Shown here in pieces: positions 37,246-50,863 of a stretch of DNA of 64,000 nt. The DNA is taken from the NCBI GenBank assembly GCA_050273025.1, contig CP158636.1, positions 1,364,001-1,428,000 of the forward strand, written 5' to 3'. The notes beneath the pieces were generated by a model, which made no database searches, was not told the DNA's origin, and saw only the letters and a program-made list of their open reading frames with translations. This stretch comes from Cenococcum geophilum. Taxonomy: Eukaryota. The translations under genes were made by a program, and so were the position numbers. How positions within the stretch are numbered: the stretch's first letter is position 1; each line of letters begins with the position of its first letter.

Positions 37246-40200
37246 ATGTACGCTGTTGCCTCTGCCACGAGCGGTCATGATATGCTTGCAAACAAGAGCC
37301 GTGGACGGGATCGGAGTGCCTCAGAACTTGTAGGACCTAGTAACGACGACCCGCGGTTACCTGAATCTGTATATCTTCCTCGCGCTGCCAGCTACACATA
37401 TTTCCCACAAGTAAAAGAATTGTTTGACGAGGCAGGAATCGTCGAACTAAAGGGCACTATATCTGAGGACGAGCTGAAGGCCTCGAAAGACAGCAATGGT
37501 GACGAAGGACCTTACTCTTCTTCCGGAGGGACGAGCCCGGAGGCTGAAGTCTCTGCAGCATTTGAGCGGCTATCATTGCAACAAACCATTTCACGCCGCT
37601 CTTCGAGATTCCTTCTCTTCGGCAGCCAGAACCAGGACAGTCCTGACAACTCACCAACCGAAAAACTTCAACGGCTAAGCCGGAGTAGCACGGATTTTGC
37701 GAAATCAAGATCCCCTTCGAGGTCCTTTTCGAAGCTAAAGCGAAAATCGTGGATGTCCTCACAGTCTCGATCATCTTCGCCAAGTAAGGATGGAAGTAGA
37801 TCAGCTGGGGCTGAAGGGCCTACAAATGATACCAAGAACTCGGACGCAGGCCGTCGGAAGTCGATAATCACATTGTCTAGCAATTCGGAAAAGATAGGAT
37901 CAAACGATGAGCGTGATGGTTCGCCTCTCTCAAGAAAAGGGACTGTCTTGACCAAAAAACCCAAGAGACCCCTCAGTGCCTTACTGAAAGGTTCTAACCC
38001 AGCAGATCTGACTCCACCGGTCCCCAAGGTCCCTGCTCTACCACCTTTACCAAAGTCTTTCTCCACCGATAAGCTATCTTACATGACACCCTCTCCCACC
38101 TCTGAACGGATTCCGCCTATTCCAAGACATTTGTCATCAGATAAACTCAAGGGCATTAGGACTGAACTAAGAAAGAAGGACGAACTCTGGAACGTTTTCC
38201 GTGCACTAGACGGTGACCTTCGCAAGTGAGCATTCCTATATCAACACTGATTTTTTTGTGGCTAAACACATTACCCGCAGATTTCAAGCTAAATCTATTG
38301 CCTTGAAAGCCAACGTCCTCCGGACTACCCTGCTGCCTTTTCTACGGTCATACGCAACCCATCCCTCGAACCACAAGCTGCGCCCTGAAGACTTGGATAG
38401 ACGAGCGAATATTCTGAATGGATGGTGGACTGGCCTGTTGGAACTTCTTGCTGGAAGGAACAATCAATCCATATCCGGGACTGATCGACCGGCCATACTG
38501 GAAGGAATCGCTGGAATCATGGAAAGACCGGAGTGGAGACTTTCGCCATCTCCCTTCTGTCCCTTGGCAGACAGGACTGAACCTGTACCTACATTAACGT
38601 CAAATTCCACGTCATCGCTTTCGTCAGGTGCCTCGGACTTCCTGGCTGAGTCGGTCTACCACAACGTCCGAAATATCTTTACTCAAAACCTTCTCGCGCA
38701 GATGGCATTTGTAGTTGACAAAATGTCTCTGCGAAATGCACCTGCTAGCCTTGTGACTTTCTGTGGCAAGACGTGTGCTTATTCGTTCTTTTTCTGCCTT
38801 GGAGTTGCTGATATACTTGTGCGATTATGGGAGCCATCTCTTGACACAATGAGACGCGTCCTTGAGGAATCAGGGATATCAAGACAAGACAGAATGGAAA
38901 GTGTCTCTAACCAAATCCTCCCCGCGTTCCCTCCCTGCCTTCATGCACTGAAGTTCCATTCTCCGGCCAAAACCGTGCGGTCCTTGCGTAAACCTTCTGC
39001 ATTACCGCTTGGAACGGCGAAACTGGATTGGTACGGGCCATGGGTAAAAAGGTGGTCAGGTACTGAGAGCGATTTGTTCTACGTATTTGTCAAACACTAC
39101 CATATCCTCGCTACAGACTTCCTGCCACCAGAACCAACTTGTGCAGAACGCATTTGTGTGCCTGGGTTAGTGATGGTTCATTCTCAGATTTTGACAAACT
39201 TGGATGCCACTATCAATCGCCATTCAACTACATTGCAGCAAGAAGACCACTCTAATGGAGCTGCACTAATCACGTTTGACGACGTCCTGAGCGATCCGGA
39301 TGCTTCACCTTCGACTATACCACTGCCACCTACTAATGCTACCAGACTGATGGCGGAGAATCGTTTGATCATGTTGATACGAGATTTCTTTTCCGAGAGA
39401 AGCTCCAATTATGTTACGGCACGACAAATGTTTGCAGAAGCTTTTGATCATTTACTGAAGGCATCTGCTCGGAAAATTTCCATCTACGACAATAATGCAT
39501 GTTACACCCTCTGCGATTTCTTAGAAGAGGCCTTTGTTATTTTGGTTCGATACGAACAGATCACGTCCATTCAGAAATCAGCCCTTGATTGGCCTTTCTG
39601 GCTATCTGTGTGCAAGCAGATGGCAGCTAGTCAAAACACAACTACGGAGATCAAATTATATGCCTTTTTGTATAGTGTCTGGACCACGGTAGTCGGTAAT
39701 GAGAGCCGCAAAGCCGAGTTGTGTCTTGATTTCTTGCTAGAACCAGAGTTTTTTGAGAGCCGGTTCAATCATTGGTGCCCGATGGTCCGAGCGTATTTCA
39801 TGCGTTTGTTGTGCTGGCGGATTGCGCGGCATGATGGAGAAGAAACTGATAGTGATATGTAAGTCACTTACTTAATCTGCACTTCCACTCGCTAATAGAC
39901 CGGACAGAGAAATATTGCGGAGACTGAGCGATAGATTGCGCTCTGTTTGGGCCCATTATCTTTGGTTACGAGAGGAAGCTGAGCGAAAGGAAGGTTTGCC
40001 TCCATCTACTGCGCCGTGCAACCCAGCACCGGGCCGTCGACTACTCATTATACGCACGGACAACCCCATTATTGGAAGTGGAGGCCCATTTCTCTCTTTC
40101 GATGGAGTAGTTCAGTCAGCGTCTTCCAAGAGACTCTCATCCTTAGGCGCAATTCCTGAAGCCGAGCCACGACCAGTATCTGCACAGTCGACCGATTCTT

Positions 40201-40751
40201 CGGACTTTGGGCAAAACGAAGAAGATAACAGTAAAAGAAGATGGAGTTTGCTGAGAACTCTTATCAGCACTCCAAAGTCGCGTTCGAAATCACGAAGTCC
40301 TGGGCCTCCATCAAAGGAGCTCTCTAAGCCTTCCCCATCTTCTCAAGAAAGAGGCTCAACCACAACACCCCCGAACGAGAAGAATCCTCCCTCGCAAGAA
40401 CGCCCCCAGTTAGTCTCGCACCGCAGTTACTGCTTCCGTTTTTCCCTAGAATGGGTTGATAAGCGCTTCCAAACACCAGGCAACATGCGCGTGTACCCAC
40501 CACGACTACCTCTACCAGCGCAAACGCTCTTTCAGGCTCATGGAATTAACCTGTCCTCTCTTGGAAGCGCGAAGCCCAAAGGAGCGGCTGCAAATTCAAG
40601 CAGATATGCAGGTCGCGCGCTTGCAGAATGGGCCATTATTGTGCACGAATGCCAGAACTTCTTTGAGCGGCGGAAGAACGAAGGCGTACCTTCTAATAAA
40701 TGGGTTGAAACGCCGACGCTTGGTGTTGAAGCATTCCGACGACCTGGATAG
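37246..40751 (+). CDS. DUF1765 (UPF0592)-family protein, ~1133 aa; exons 37246-38225, 38281-39858, 39908-40751
   Basis: Three ORFs join in frame via GT-AG introns of 55 and 49 nt. Motifs KANVLRTTLLPFLR, WWTGLL, FNHWCPMVRAYFMRLLCWR, YAGRALAEW; Ser-rich N-terminus. A short upstream exon (ATG 37212, intron 37248-37296) is possible. Confidence 0.88.
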
Positions 40752-43570
40752 AGATCCTGCGTTCTTGTCGATGATTTTGGCGGCATTATACCTAACGAAA
40801 TTCTGTGCTATTCTCGTTCCTTGCATTTCGATAATTCGCGGTCTGTACATTACGCATTGCACAGTTGTACGCCCTAGCATATAGTTTCCGGCATCGGATC
40901 TTATTCTTGGTGGGCATAATTCTTTATGCTTGTATGGCATTTTGGTGCTTCATGCCTTAAGGGAGAAATGCCGTCTTAGAGCTTTGGGGAAGGCGCTTTG
41001 GTTGTTTGGGGTATAAGGGTGGGAGGTGGAGGATCGGTTGACAATAAGGAATTTTTGAACATGCGGTGACTATATAAGCAGGTTAAAGATTGCCTGCGGA
41101 AATACTAAAACTTGCTTTATTCTCATATTCGCTCGACATCCTTTGCTTGTTATCGCTCTATGCAGAAGCTCGTCTTGGTGGGGTAAAGAGGCGTAGGCTA
41201 TCTTGCAGTTGAAGTCGATTTCAGCAGCTAAGGTTCCATTCAAGAATTGTTTCCTCTCCCGCTCTCGCAGCTGCAATCAGGCTATTTCCACTGCCGATTG
41301 TTCTCCGAGATCAACAGTTGGTATACCGGGGACATGGGTGATTCTGTTGCTCAGTCTGGCGATGTTCGGCGAGGTGCAACACTAGGGTCTGGTTTTCACG
41401 ATGCTAAGTCTGTGTAGCCGAGATAATTGGAATTTATAAGCTGGTATCAAGGCATTTTTGCGAAAAAAAGGCTCTGAATAGGAAGGACTGCAAGACTGCA
41501 AGTCCCTGACATTCGACACGAGCAGTATCTAAGCATCATTCTCAAGTTTGGTTATTGGTGCTGTTGAATGTGAAATTCAGGGTCCTGCTTTCAGGAATAC
41601 CTCTTAATACCTCTCAAATTATCGCGATTGGCTAGAAGAATTATGATAATAGAGCCCCCTACTTATTTGTCCAAGTAGGCCTTGAAGAGCAATCAGACAT
41701 GCACAAGCTTTTATCCAATCTCTGTAAATTTACGTTGTACATTCAGCGTGCTGCACGATCTCGTGGAACCATCAATACCTTATCTCACAGCCTCTAGATA
41801 TTCTTTGCACGCAAAACTGCGCACTCAAAGAATTCTCAAGCGGTGAAAAACTTGATTCTTAGAGCTGCGTTAAGATGCATCCACGTTTCCGAACCCGGAT
41901 ATTAAAGCGCCGCCTCCGCAGTGATCTGCACGTCAATATTGGATTTGCGCCCAGGGGCAGTCGGGTCTCCAAAAGGACATCCGACCAGTAAGCCTCCTTT
42001 TCTCAAAATCGACGTTCATGCTACACAGACCTTAAAGCGAGGACGGAAAGCCGAAGTAGCTGTCGGGAAGCGACTCGCAAGCCGTGGCTTTTTTCGTTCT
42101 ACAACAGCGCTGAGCTAGACAGATGACGGTTCTCCACTGATCAGCCATATGAGGAATGCGTTCAGGTACGCCTTTTCTCATACAATCCTAATACGTGTTC
42201 TGCGCTCTGTTACATCTCCAAATCACTAGAAAGATTTTCTGTGACCATAGAGGTCTTCTACAAAATACGACAACCGTTTCATGATGTAGGCAGCTAATGG
42301 CCCTGCTACTTCCTCTGCTTCCAGAGCTTCCGACAGACGGTCTTAGGCGTGCCTTGCATCATTTCTCCACGGGGTCGGGTGGATGCAGTATCCATCCCAA
42401 CGAAAGAACCCTGGTTCAGGGCGCGAAAGGCCAAGATGAAATTTCAGGTTGAATTGTGGCTTGCAGCTGCCCCTGAAAGCACGGTATAGACCCCTGATTC
42501 TGACTTCAGGCACCCGTAGAGGTCTCCCCTTGTCTAGTATCTCTTCGCGCATGGCTTACCCTGCTCTTAGCTTCTATATCCAGCTTGCCATTTTGCTTTA
42601 ATAATGGGTCTGTATTACTTCGGATATTCTCAAAACGCGCCGCTTTCTTCAATCCGATTTCTAGATCGTAAATAGTCTTATTCTTAGATAGCTACAGAAT
42701 CTCTATTCTACTAGCCTATGATTCTTGAAGGTCTTTGGAAGTTTCCTGCGCCATTGCTGATTCGATATTCCCTATTGTCTCTGGCTTTTCTCGCTTTATT
42801 GGTGCTGGCTGGCTGAAGCATTTCGATGTTGGGTAACGGTCGACTATTGTCTTCCAAACTCCCCAATGCCGGTATTCTGCTCCCATGGCGGTGCAGATGC
42901 AGCATTTTCTGGTAGCCTTTCGCAACACTGTGCGAGTCATGCTTTCCCGTAGAAGACCCCGTGAGTCTGATCATTGCCTCTCGTGATGGTTTGTAGGATC
43001 GGAAGGAATGTAGCTGACCGGAAGATCTGCTTTCTCTAGCCAGCGCCCACGCCCCCGCCCACGCCTGGCATATGCGATATTTTACTTAAATGCTAATAGC
43101 TCGCGACGAGTTGAGTATTAATGTGATTTATATTTTATAGAACCAGCTGTAAGGCTAAATTCATGCAGTTTTTAAACCTAAAGTAGAAGGATCTAGGCCT
43201 ATTTTAGGGAGGTGTATGTATATTAATTAGGGGGTGTATGCGTATCATTTAGGCGGTGCATGATTATCATCGACCTTAAAAATTAAAGGCCCTGCCTTTC
43301 TTGCGGGTGCACAGTTCTTTTGGCAAGCATACAGTATCTACGCTGGATATTGTACTTGGCTAGTGATTACCGAAATTGCTGTGTGCGTTGCTCGCGCACA
43401 CAGGGGGGGCACTGGAGCTCGTACAAGCTGTATAAAGACGTAAGGCACCATCCCAAGTTGAGCTGGAATTTATGTGGTAGAGTGTTTTCCATATCTTGCT
43501 CTTTTAGTTCTCATACCCTGGGTCCCACCTGTTGCTGTTTCGTATATTCACTTTCTTCCCGGCCACGATA

Positions 43571-44725
43571 ATGTATGCCTCAGCAGCTGTCTATTTCCTG
43601 GCCGCATCAGGGATCGCGCAAGCCTTCCGATTACCAGACGCCTCTGTATTGACCCGTGATCTCCACATACCGTCTTTCTCCAACATCAAGCGTTCGATAT
43701 CAGAAACGCTATCTCCCCGCGCCTCGTGCCCAGCCGTTTGGTCTACTATCTCCAGCAACCTCACTGATCTATTCCTCACGAGTGGACAATGTAACAACCT
43801 CGCACGGTGCGCCCAGACCATCTCTGCTATAACCACATTCTAACTCTGCTACAGCCAAGCCATCAGAGCAGCGTTCCACGACTGCTTCAATAATGGCTGC
43901 GATGGCTCTCTGATCCTCGCAGGCGAATTCTCCAGGCCTGAAGACGCAGGAATGGCCGACATCTGCTCCGAACTCACCAAAATACAAGCGGAGCATGATG
44001 TCGGCATGGCAGACTTGATACAGTTTGCTGGCGGTACGCGCATTCCCTTCTCCTGCCTACCCCTGACCTTTAAAGTACTCACGCCTCCTAGCCCACGCCA
44101 TCCGCACCTGCCCGCTTGGCCCTGCCGTGCCCGCCTACGTTGGCCGCAATGACAACAGCACCGCTGCCCCTGCAGGGCAACTGCCGCCAGTCAACGGGTC
44201 GGGAGACTCGCTGCTGGCGATGTTCAAGAAGAAGGAGTTCACGGCGACGGACCTGGCGGCGCTGATAGGCGCGCACAGCACATCAACGCAGTCTTTCGTG
44301 GATCAGTCCAAGGCTGGTGAGTCGCAGGACAGCACGCCTGGCATTTGGGACGTCGCGTATTATGGGCAGACGCTGACGGGTACGGCGCCGTTTACGTTTG
44401 AGAGCGATAAGAACCTCGCGGCGCAGGAGGAAGTCAAGCCGGTGTTCCAGAGCTTTGTGGCGAATCAGAAGGGATGGGATGACGCGTTTGTGCCTGCGTG
44501 AGTGTGGTTTTTTTCTCCCTTAATTTGGAGGAGCTATATGAATCTTCTAGTTTAACATGTGTTGGTGTGGGTGTGTATGCTAACAGGGCTTGCAGTATGG
44601 TGAAAATGGCGACTCTCGGTGTGCCAGGCGGGATAAGCAGCCTGACTGACTGCACGAGCGCGCTGCCGGGTGTGACGCTGAAGCGGGATATCAAGGCCGC
44701 ACCTATGGGTGCGTGGAAGAGGTGA
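43571..44725 (+). CDS. Secreted fungal class II heme peroxidase (AA2, generic type), 316 aa; exons 43571-43806, 43855-44033, 44092-44497, 44596-44725
   Basis: Signal peptide, distal RAAFHDC, GCDGSL, ADLIQFAG.HAI.TCPLGP, VGR.D, proximal ALIGAHS, DSTPG.WD. The three GT-AG introns restore one open frame. Confidence 0.93.
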
Positions 44726-45496
44726 GCCGTTCTGCTCTCGGCTCGGCATGTGTGACGACTTTGTCTGCTATGGTTGTAAGCTAGTTGCGCGGGAAAAGCA
44801 TATACACTCATTCATCATGGGATTTAGTATGAGATCGTGTCAGCACTTAGGATGGGCTTCGAGCAGTGTGTCCAAGAGTCAGCGACGCTGTCAGCTTCGC
44901 TGCCAAGAGGCTGCTAATGTAAGCAGTCAGCTATAAGACTGCAGCTAGCTGACAGCTCGCTGTCTTGGCGGTAAGATTTAGTGGTAAGTTAAAGCTTTGG
45001 TAGAAGTTAAGGATATTCGGATAACCTGGTTAGTTAATTATACGCCAAGCAATAGGAAATCCATAGGAATCTCTTTCTTAGCCATAGTAAATAAAGCATT
45101 TTCCCTAATATCTCCATTGCGCGCCAAAACCCCTGCTAAAGCTTACTATTTTATTACCTATATAAAATGTAGCGTATATTGCATTTCACGCGTTAGCTAG
45201 GCAGTAGAGCTTTTTTATCTATTTTCTTCTCTACTTCTTCCTTATTTAATTTACAATCTACGTATTATTTAACTCCTTTAGTACCGCGTAGGGTTTATAG
45301 ATTAACTACTTCCTCCCCCCTTTTAATTAATGATACCGAATTAGGCGATTAAGATTCTGTATTATAAGAGCCTCCTCTAATAAATTAGAACTATAGCTAT
45401 ATCTTTCCTATTAATTAGGATAATCTCTACCTAATAATATATAGTAAGCTTACTAGTAAATACAGATACCGGGTTATTAATAAGCGGTTACTATTA

Positions 45497-46339
45497 ACGT
45501 GTTTTAACGTAGTTCCCTAGTAAGCTGGCCACCCTAGCGAGCTGGCACCTTAAAAACTCACCAAAAATTAGAGATTTCATACTTTAATATCTTAACAGCC
45601 ACTTAATAATAAATTCTAATAATTTAGATTTAGACTTTTATATACGCTCTGCAGCTTCTATTAAAGTCATATAATAATTAGTTAAGTGGTTTTTAAGATA
45701 TTATAATTTAGGAGCCAAAATAAAGCTAAATTACTATATTTTAAAAACCACTTAACCAATTACTATATAACTCCAATAGAAGCTACAGAGCGTATATAAA
45801 AGTCTAAATCTAAATTATTAGAATTTATTATTAAGTAGTTGTTAAGATATTAAAGTATAAAATCTCTAATTTTTGGTGAGTTTTTAAGGTGGCCAGCTCG
45901 CTAGGGTGGCCAGCTTACTAGGGAACTACGTTATTACTTATCTGGTAATATTAGTCATCTAATAGCCCCAAAAACCACTAAAAAGTAGAAAAACTGCACC
46001 TTGATATCTCGATAACGGCTTAATAATAAATTCCGAAATTTTATAATTAGCCTTTTATACTTATTTTAAACCTCTTATTAGATTTTTAAAAAAATCTATT
46101 AAGTAGCTCTAAAAATATCGCAATTTAGCTTAAAATTAGGGGCTAAAACCTAATATTTTAATAATGGCCAGGCTTATTATACTAGAACTTTATTAAAAGT
46201 CTTAATATAGGTATAAAAGGCCAATTATAAATTTTTGGAATTTATTATTAAGCCGTTATTAAGATATTAAGGTGTAGTTTTTATACTTTTTGTTAGGCTA
46301 TTAGATAACTAATATTACTAAATAAGTAATAAAATATAT
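45497..46339. mobile_element. MITE 2 (pogo/Fot1-like ACGT terminus, long TIRs)
   Basis: TA at 45495-45496 then ACGTGTTTTA. The left arm continues at 45934-46070 and is inverted at ~46200-46339. The right tip AAAATATAT reads as RIPed AAAACACGT; the closing TA is at 48389-48390, after the nested LTR element. Confidence 0.75.
45507..45931. mobile_element. MITE 1 / foldback element (pogo/Fot1-like), near-perfect 425-bp palindrome
   Basis: ~195-bp inverted arms starting ACGTAGTTCCCTAG; TA TSD at 45505-45506 and 45932-45933. Confidence 0.9.
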
Positions 46340-48383
46340 TGTGGGTATCACCTAGGGGGGTACTGCAATTGCAATATAGTAGTTCTGGTTCTTAATTCAT
46401 TTGTGTTCTTTCGCAGAGGATTATAAGGATCGCGGTGCCTAAATAGGGGGCTAATAAGTCACCGTAAGGATGACTAATCAGAGACATGACTACGTAACCT
46501 CTACTCGTATAGACACTGGCGACATTTATAAAAAGGAAAGAAGGTAAGAAAGTATAAAGGAGAAGTATATAGGTTAACAGGTGCTCAGGGCAGTAATCGC
46601 GAATGTCTTAGGTATTACGAATATTACGGATATTGCAGACGTTGCGGATATCGTTACGGATATTGCGGATATCGCTACGGATATTGCGGATATCGCTACG
46701 GATATTGCGGATATTGCGGATATCGTAAACATTCGGATATTGCGGTGGAGACAGGTAGGCGCGTATAAGGTATTACTAAGGTGTCTAAGTATCTAGGTTG
46801 TTCCTCCTCCTCCTAGGTCTAGTTACTGTTGTTGGCCAGGTTGCAAAGGGTTGTACTACTACTGCTAGGCAGGCTGCTAAAAATTATACTATTGCTAGGG
46901 TACAAGTGCAATGGGTATTTAAGGGTAGTGCTGCTGTTAAGTAGTAGTTAGTGCAGCTTACTAGGGTATAGATGCAATAGGTGGTTAAGGCGTTATAGGG
47001 GTATTTGTAGAGGGAGCTATAATATTTATTAAGGGAACCGTAACGTTTATAGAGAGAGCCGTGACGTTCGCAGAGGGGGCCGTGATGTTTATAGGCAGAG
47101 CTATAACGTTTATAGGCGGAGCCGCGACGTTTATAGGCGGAGCTGTGACGTTTATAGGCGGAGCCGCGACGTTTATAGGCGGAGCTATGACGTTTATAGG
47201 CGGGGCAGTGACGTTCGTAGGTAGAGCCGTAATGTTTATAGGCAAGGGGAGCTTAGCTATAGGAAGGTCGTTTAAGATAGCTAAAGCTGGGGTGGCAGAC
47301 GACATTAGAATTAATAGACGTAATTTGAGACGGCGGTTGATGGCATATAAATTAAAAGGTCCTTTAGTATCAATGAATAGCTTAATTTCTTTATCTGACT
47401 ATTCCGTACGGTCGTCCTCGTAAGCGACGTCGTATAGTGCTTATGGTGCTAACTTGCTCTCGTTAAAGACCCATACTCCATTACGTTAGAGTAGTTGTTT
47501 AAGTGCCTTAAGTGCAGACCTATCAGCGTCCTTAAATGTTTATACCTCAAAATTGTTAAAGTCCTCTTAGTATAATTCCCATAAGCTTTTATCCTTAAAG
47601 TTGTACTTAGTATACTTATTGATTTTAAAGTTAATATAGTTAGTAACGTCTTCTGCGGTAGTCTTATTGGTTAGGGTAATTCCGTTGGCCTAGTTTAGAC
47701 GTTAAGTTCCTATATCGGATATAATAACTGGCGTAGATCGTGGTGTAGGTCGTGGTATAGGTCGTAGTGTAGGTCGTAGTATAGGTCGTAGTGTAGGTAG
47801 GGGTGTAGGTAGGGGTGCTGCTGACGCTGCTAGGTGTACTGGCGCTTAGTAAAGAGGTTGTACTAGGTATTAATATGCGTAATAGACGCGAACTGGATAA
47901 AGCCTTAGTAGGAGTTAGTTCTTTGAGTTCCTAGGGCCTATATAGGAAGGGTTCTCCTTAGTAAACGCGACGTGATCGACGGGCCTTAGTAGGAGTGATC
48001 GCGTGTTATCTCTTATGGTTGGTTTTTGCGTAATAAACGCGAACTGAACGAAGCCTTAGTAGGAGTCGGTTCTTTAAGTTCCCAGGGCCTATACAGGAAG
48101 GGTTCTCCTTAGCAAACATAACGTGGTTAACGGGCCTTGGTAGGAGCGATCGCGTAGTGTCTCTCTTTGTAATAACACCTGGCTGATCTGTGATATTACT
48201 AATTAGTATCGGTATTACCCGGGGGGGTACTGCAATTGCAATATAAGGTAACTGGTTTTTGATTTCTTTTGTGTTCTTTTATAGAGGATTATAAGGATCG
48301 CGGTGCCTAAATAGGGGGCTGATAAGTCACCGTAAGGATGACTAATCAGAGACATAACTACGTAACCTCTACTCGTACAGACA
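46340..48383 (-). mobile_element. Non-autonomous gag-only Copia derivative, copy 2 (shorter)
   Basis: LTRs 46340-46515 and 48207-48383 match those of 6101-8819; TSD TATAT at 46335-46339 and 48384-48388; expanded 21-bp repeats ~47000-47240. Confidence 0.9.
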
Positions 48384-50603
48384 TATATTAAGTAAAGCTC
48401 CTATATTACTAATATAGAAGTATAAAGCAGACCTTTTTTAGGACGGTTCTTTGGGTAAAAAGAGGCTCTAGCTATATAAGCTTTGCTATTTAGCTTAAAG
48501 ACTAGGCATTTTACTTATAATTAATAGCAATAATTATATTAACGGCCATTTAAAGTTAAAGTATAACCTTATTATTAACCCTAAAAGTTATAGTAGTAGA
48601 ATATAACTACTAAGTATAGAAGTTTCTACTTCTACTAGTAATTATAAACGCTAGCTATTTTTAGGTAACTATATTACAGACGCTTTAAGTACAATATTAT
48701 AACTACTTGGGGAAGAGTTAGAAGAAGCTAGTTAGTTAATTTAAGCACAGTTTAGGATAGAGCCGGTAGAACTATATAACGAGGAATAGTAACTAAGGTC
48801 ACATAATGTAATTTATATAATCTATATAATCTATATAATCCGTAATAGAGTAAATAGAGCGCACGTATATTATATATAAGAAGGATTTTATAGGAGTACG
48901 GTTGTATATTTAAAGGACTACAGTCCCTACCTAGATAGTTCCTTCCTTATAGTAATTCTTAGAATATAATTAAAGTTAATCTATTAGATAACCACTCTAC
49001 TAGTTATTATTATGTTATTAACTTTAATTTATATTACCTATATACCTAACCTAATAATAAGCCTATCGTAGTTCCTACTACAAGGTTCTATTATATAATT
49101 ACTACCTAGTTACAGTATTAAATATAGAAAGTTGAATAATATACCACTAAAAGCAGCTACTATAACGCTATTAATGGCGGCAACTACTTTAAGGTTAGGA
49201 GGGGACACTAGTATAACAGACACTAACTCTTAACAACCTGTAACGGTTAGATAGCTATAAGAAATAGTTAACTAGTTAATAGCAAATAATATAGTAATAG
49301 AGGAAAGGGTTAATAGGATAGGAGCAGTAAAGATTAAACTACTATTAATTAAGAGGTACTTAGGAGAGAGATTAAAGCTTAAAGGATTCCTTACGTAAAT
49401 ATACTTTAAAGTTATATAAGAAGGGGCAAAGCTATTAACACTTATAGATCGAATAGCCTATATAGGACTATTCCTATTAGGAAGAGTACTTAAGTGGTTT
49501 AAACCTTACCTTACGGAAATATAGGTAAATGGGATAATAACTACTAACTAAGAAGTGCGATTTATATTCTTAAGCTAGAAAGGGTTTATAGAGTAACTTA
49601 TATAAATATTTAGAGACCTAGAGGCAGTAACTATGGTAAAAAGAAAACTCTAAGATATTATATAATAAACCTTAGTAATAAAGTATATAATATAGTTCTA
49701 GACGCTAGTAATATAAGTAGAGTAGAATAATAAGGTACTTATAGCATAGTATAAGTAAGGACTTAAGGCTAAAGTCTAGGATGTAATTATTCTAATAGAA
49801 GATGCAGATACCCTAAGGGAGTTAATAAATTAAGTAATTAAGATTAATAATTGGATTTACTAGAGGGAATAGGCTAAGAGAGGCTAGGATAGAGTTTTAT
49901 AGTTATATAAGGCGTAGAGTATATAACGACTAAAGTTAAGTTAAAAACTATAGTATGGCGTAGAGCTAATAGACCTAAGTAGTACTAAAGAAGCCTATAA
50001 GAGATAGAGTAAGAAACTATAAAAACCTAGAGGTTAAGGATCTAGTAATTATAGGACTAAGGAGCAGAGGCTAAATTAGGGATCTTAGCAGTAGAAGACG
50101 TTTAGGCGGACTCTATAGTAAAGTTAATAGTTTAAAAATAGAGCTTATATAAGTTGCGGGAAATAAGGTTATTTTGTAAGGGATTATAAAGATAGTTAGA
50201 GTTATTATATAATAAAGGGAACCTAACTAGTAGTAGAGGATATATATAAAGGGATAATAGTATACTATAAAGAATAAAAGAATGTTTAATTAGAAGTTTT
50301 GCATTCTATTATAATAACGCATACCGAATTTATGGAGACGCTAAGTATGGCGTAAGCTATTAGCTATAGGAGCTATAGTTAGCGGAATATAAAGGAACTA
50401 ATAAACTAGTTTGCAGATCGGATATTAAGGACGATAAATTTAATATAGGTAAAATATTTAGTAATAATAAGGTAATAAGGGCGGCTTACTAGGAGTATAT
50501 AGACCTTAGAGATGTTATAAAAGAGGTAAAGAATAATTCCACTATAGAATAGGGAATATTAGTAGGGATTAAGACCCTACTAGATATAATATCTATCGCT
50601 TTA

Positions 50604-50863
50604 TATAAGGCAGTATTGCTAGGGTGTACGGTAGGGAGTAGGCAAGCCAAGCATGAGTCACATAGGGAGTCGATGGAAGAGGACGATATAGTAAAGAGTA
50701 GGCAATAGCCTCGTACGGAGAGAGGCGAACCGATAGGGGAGGAAGGAGGCTGCAAGCCTGAGGAGCTTATAAGGGGTGGCCAAGGCCTAGCCGAAGGCTA
50801 GCCTTGGCAGCCCCTAAGAGCTCCTAAGATATAGCCGAGTAAGGGACCAAAAGTACCCTTACA
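50604..50863 (-). mobile_element. Solo LTR of the 30045-32667 family
   Basis: Reverse complement of that element's LTR; TSD CTTTA at 50599-50603 and 50864-50868. Confidence 0.92.

Noticed and set aside
40900..43500. Short ORFs between the DUF1765 gene and the peroxidase
   Set aside because: No recognisable motifs or consistent splice structure; treated as intergenic or promoter sequence.
46581..47423. Repetitive + strand ORFs (DIADIAT..., VTFIGGA...)
   Set aside because: Shadow frames of tandem repeats inside the gag-only element.
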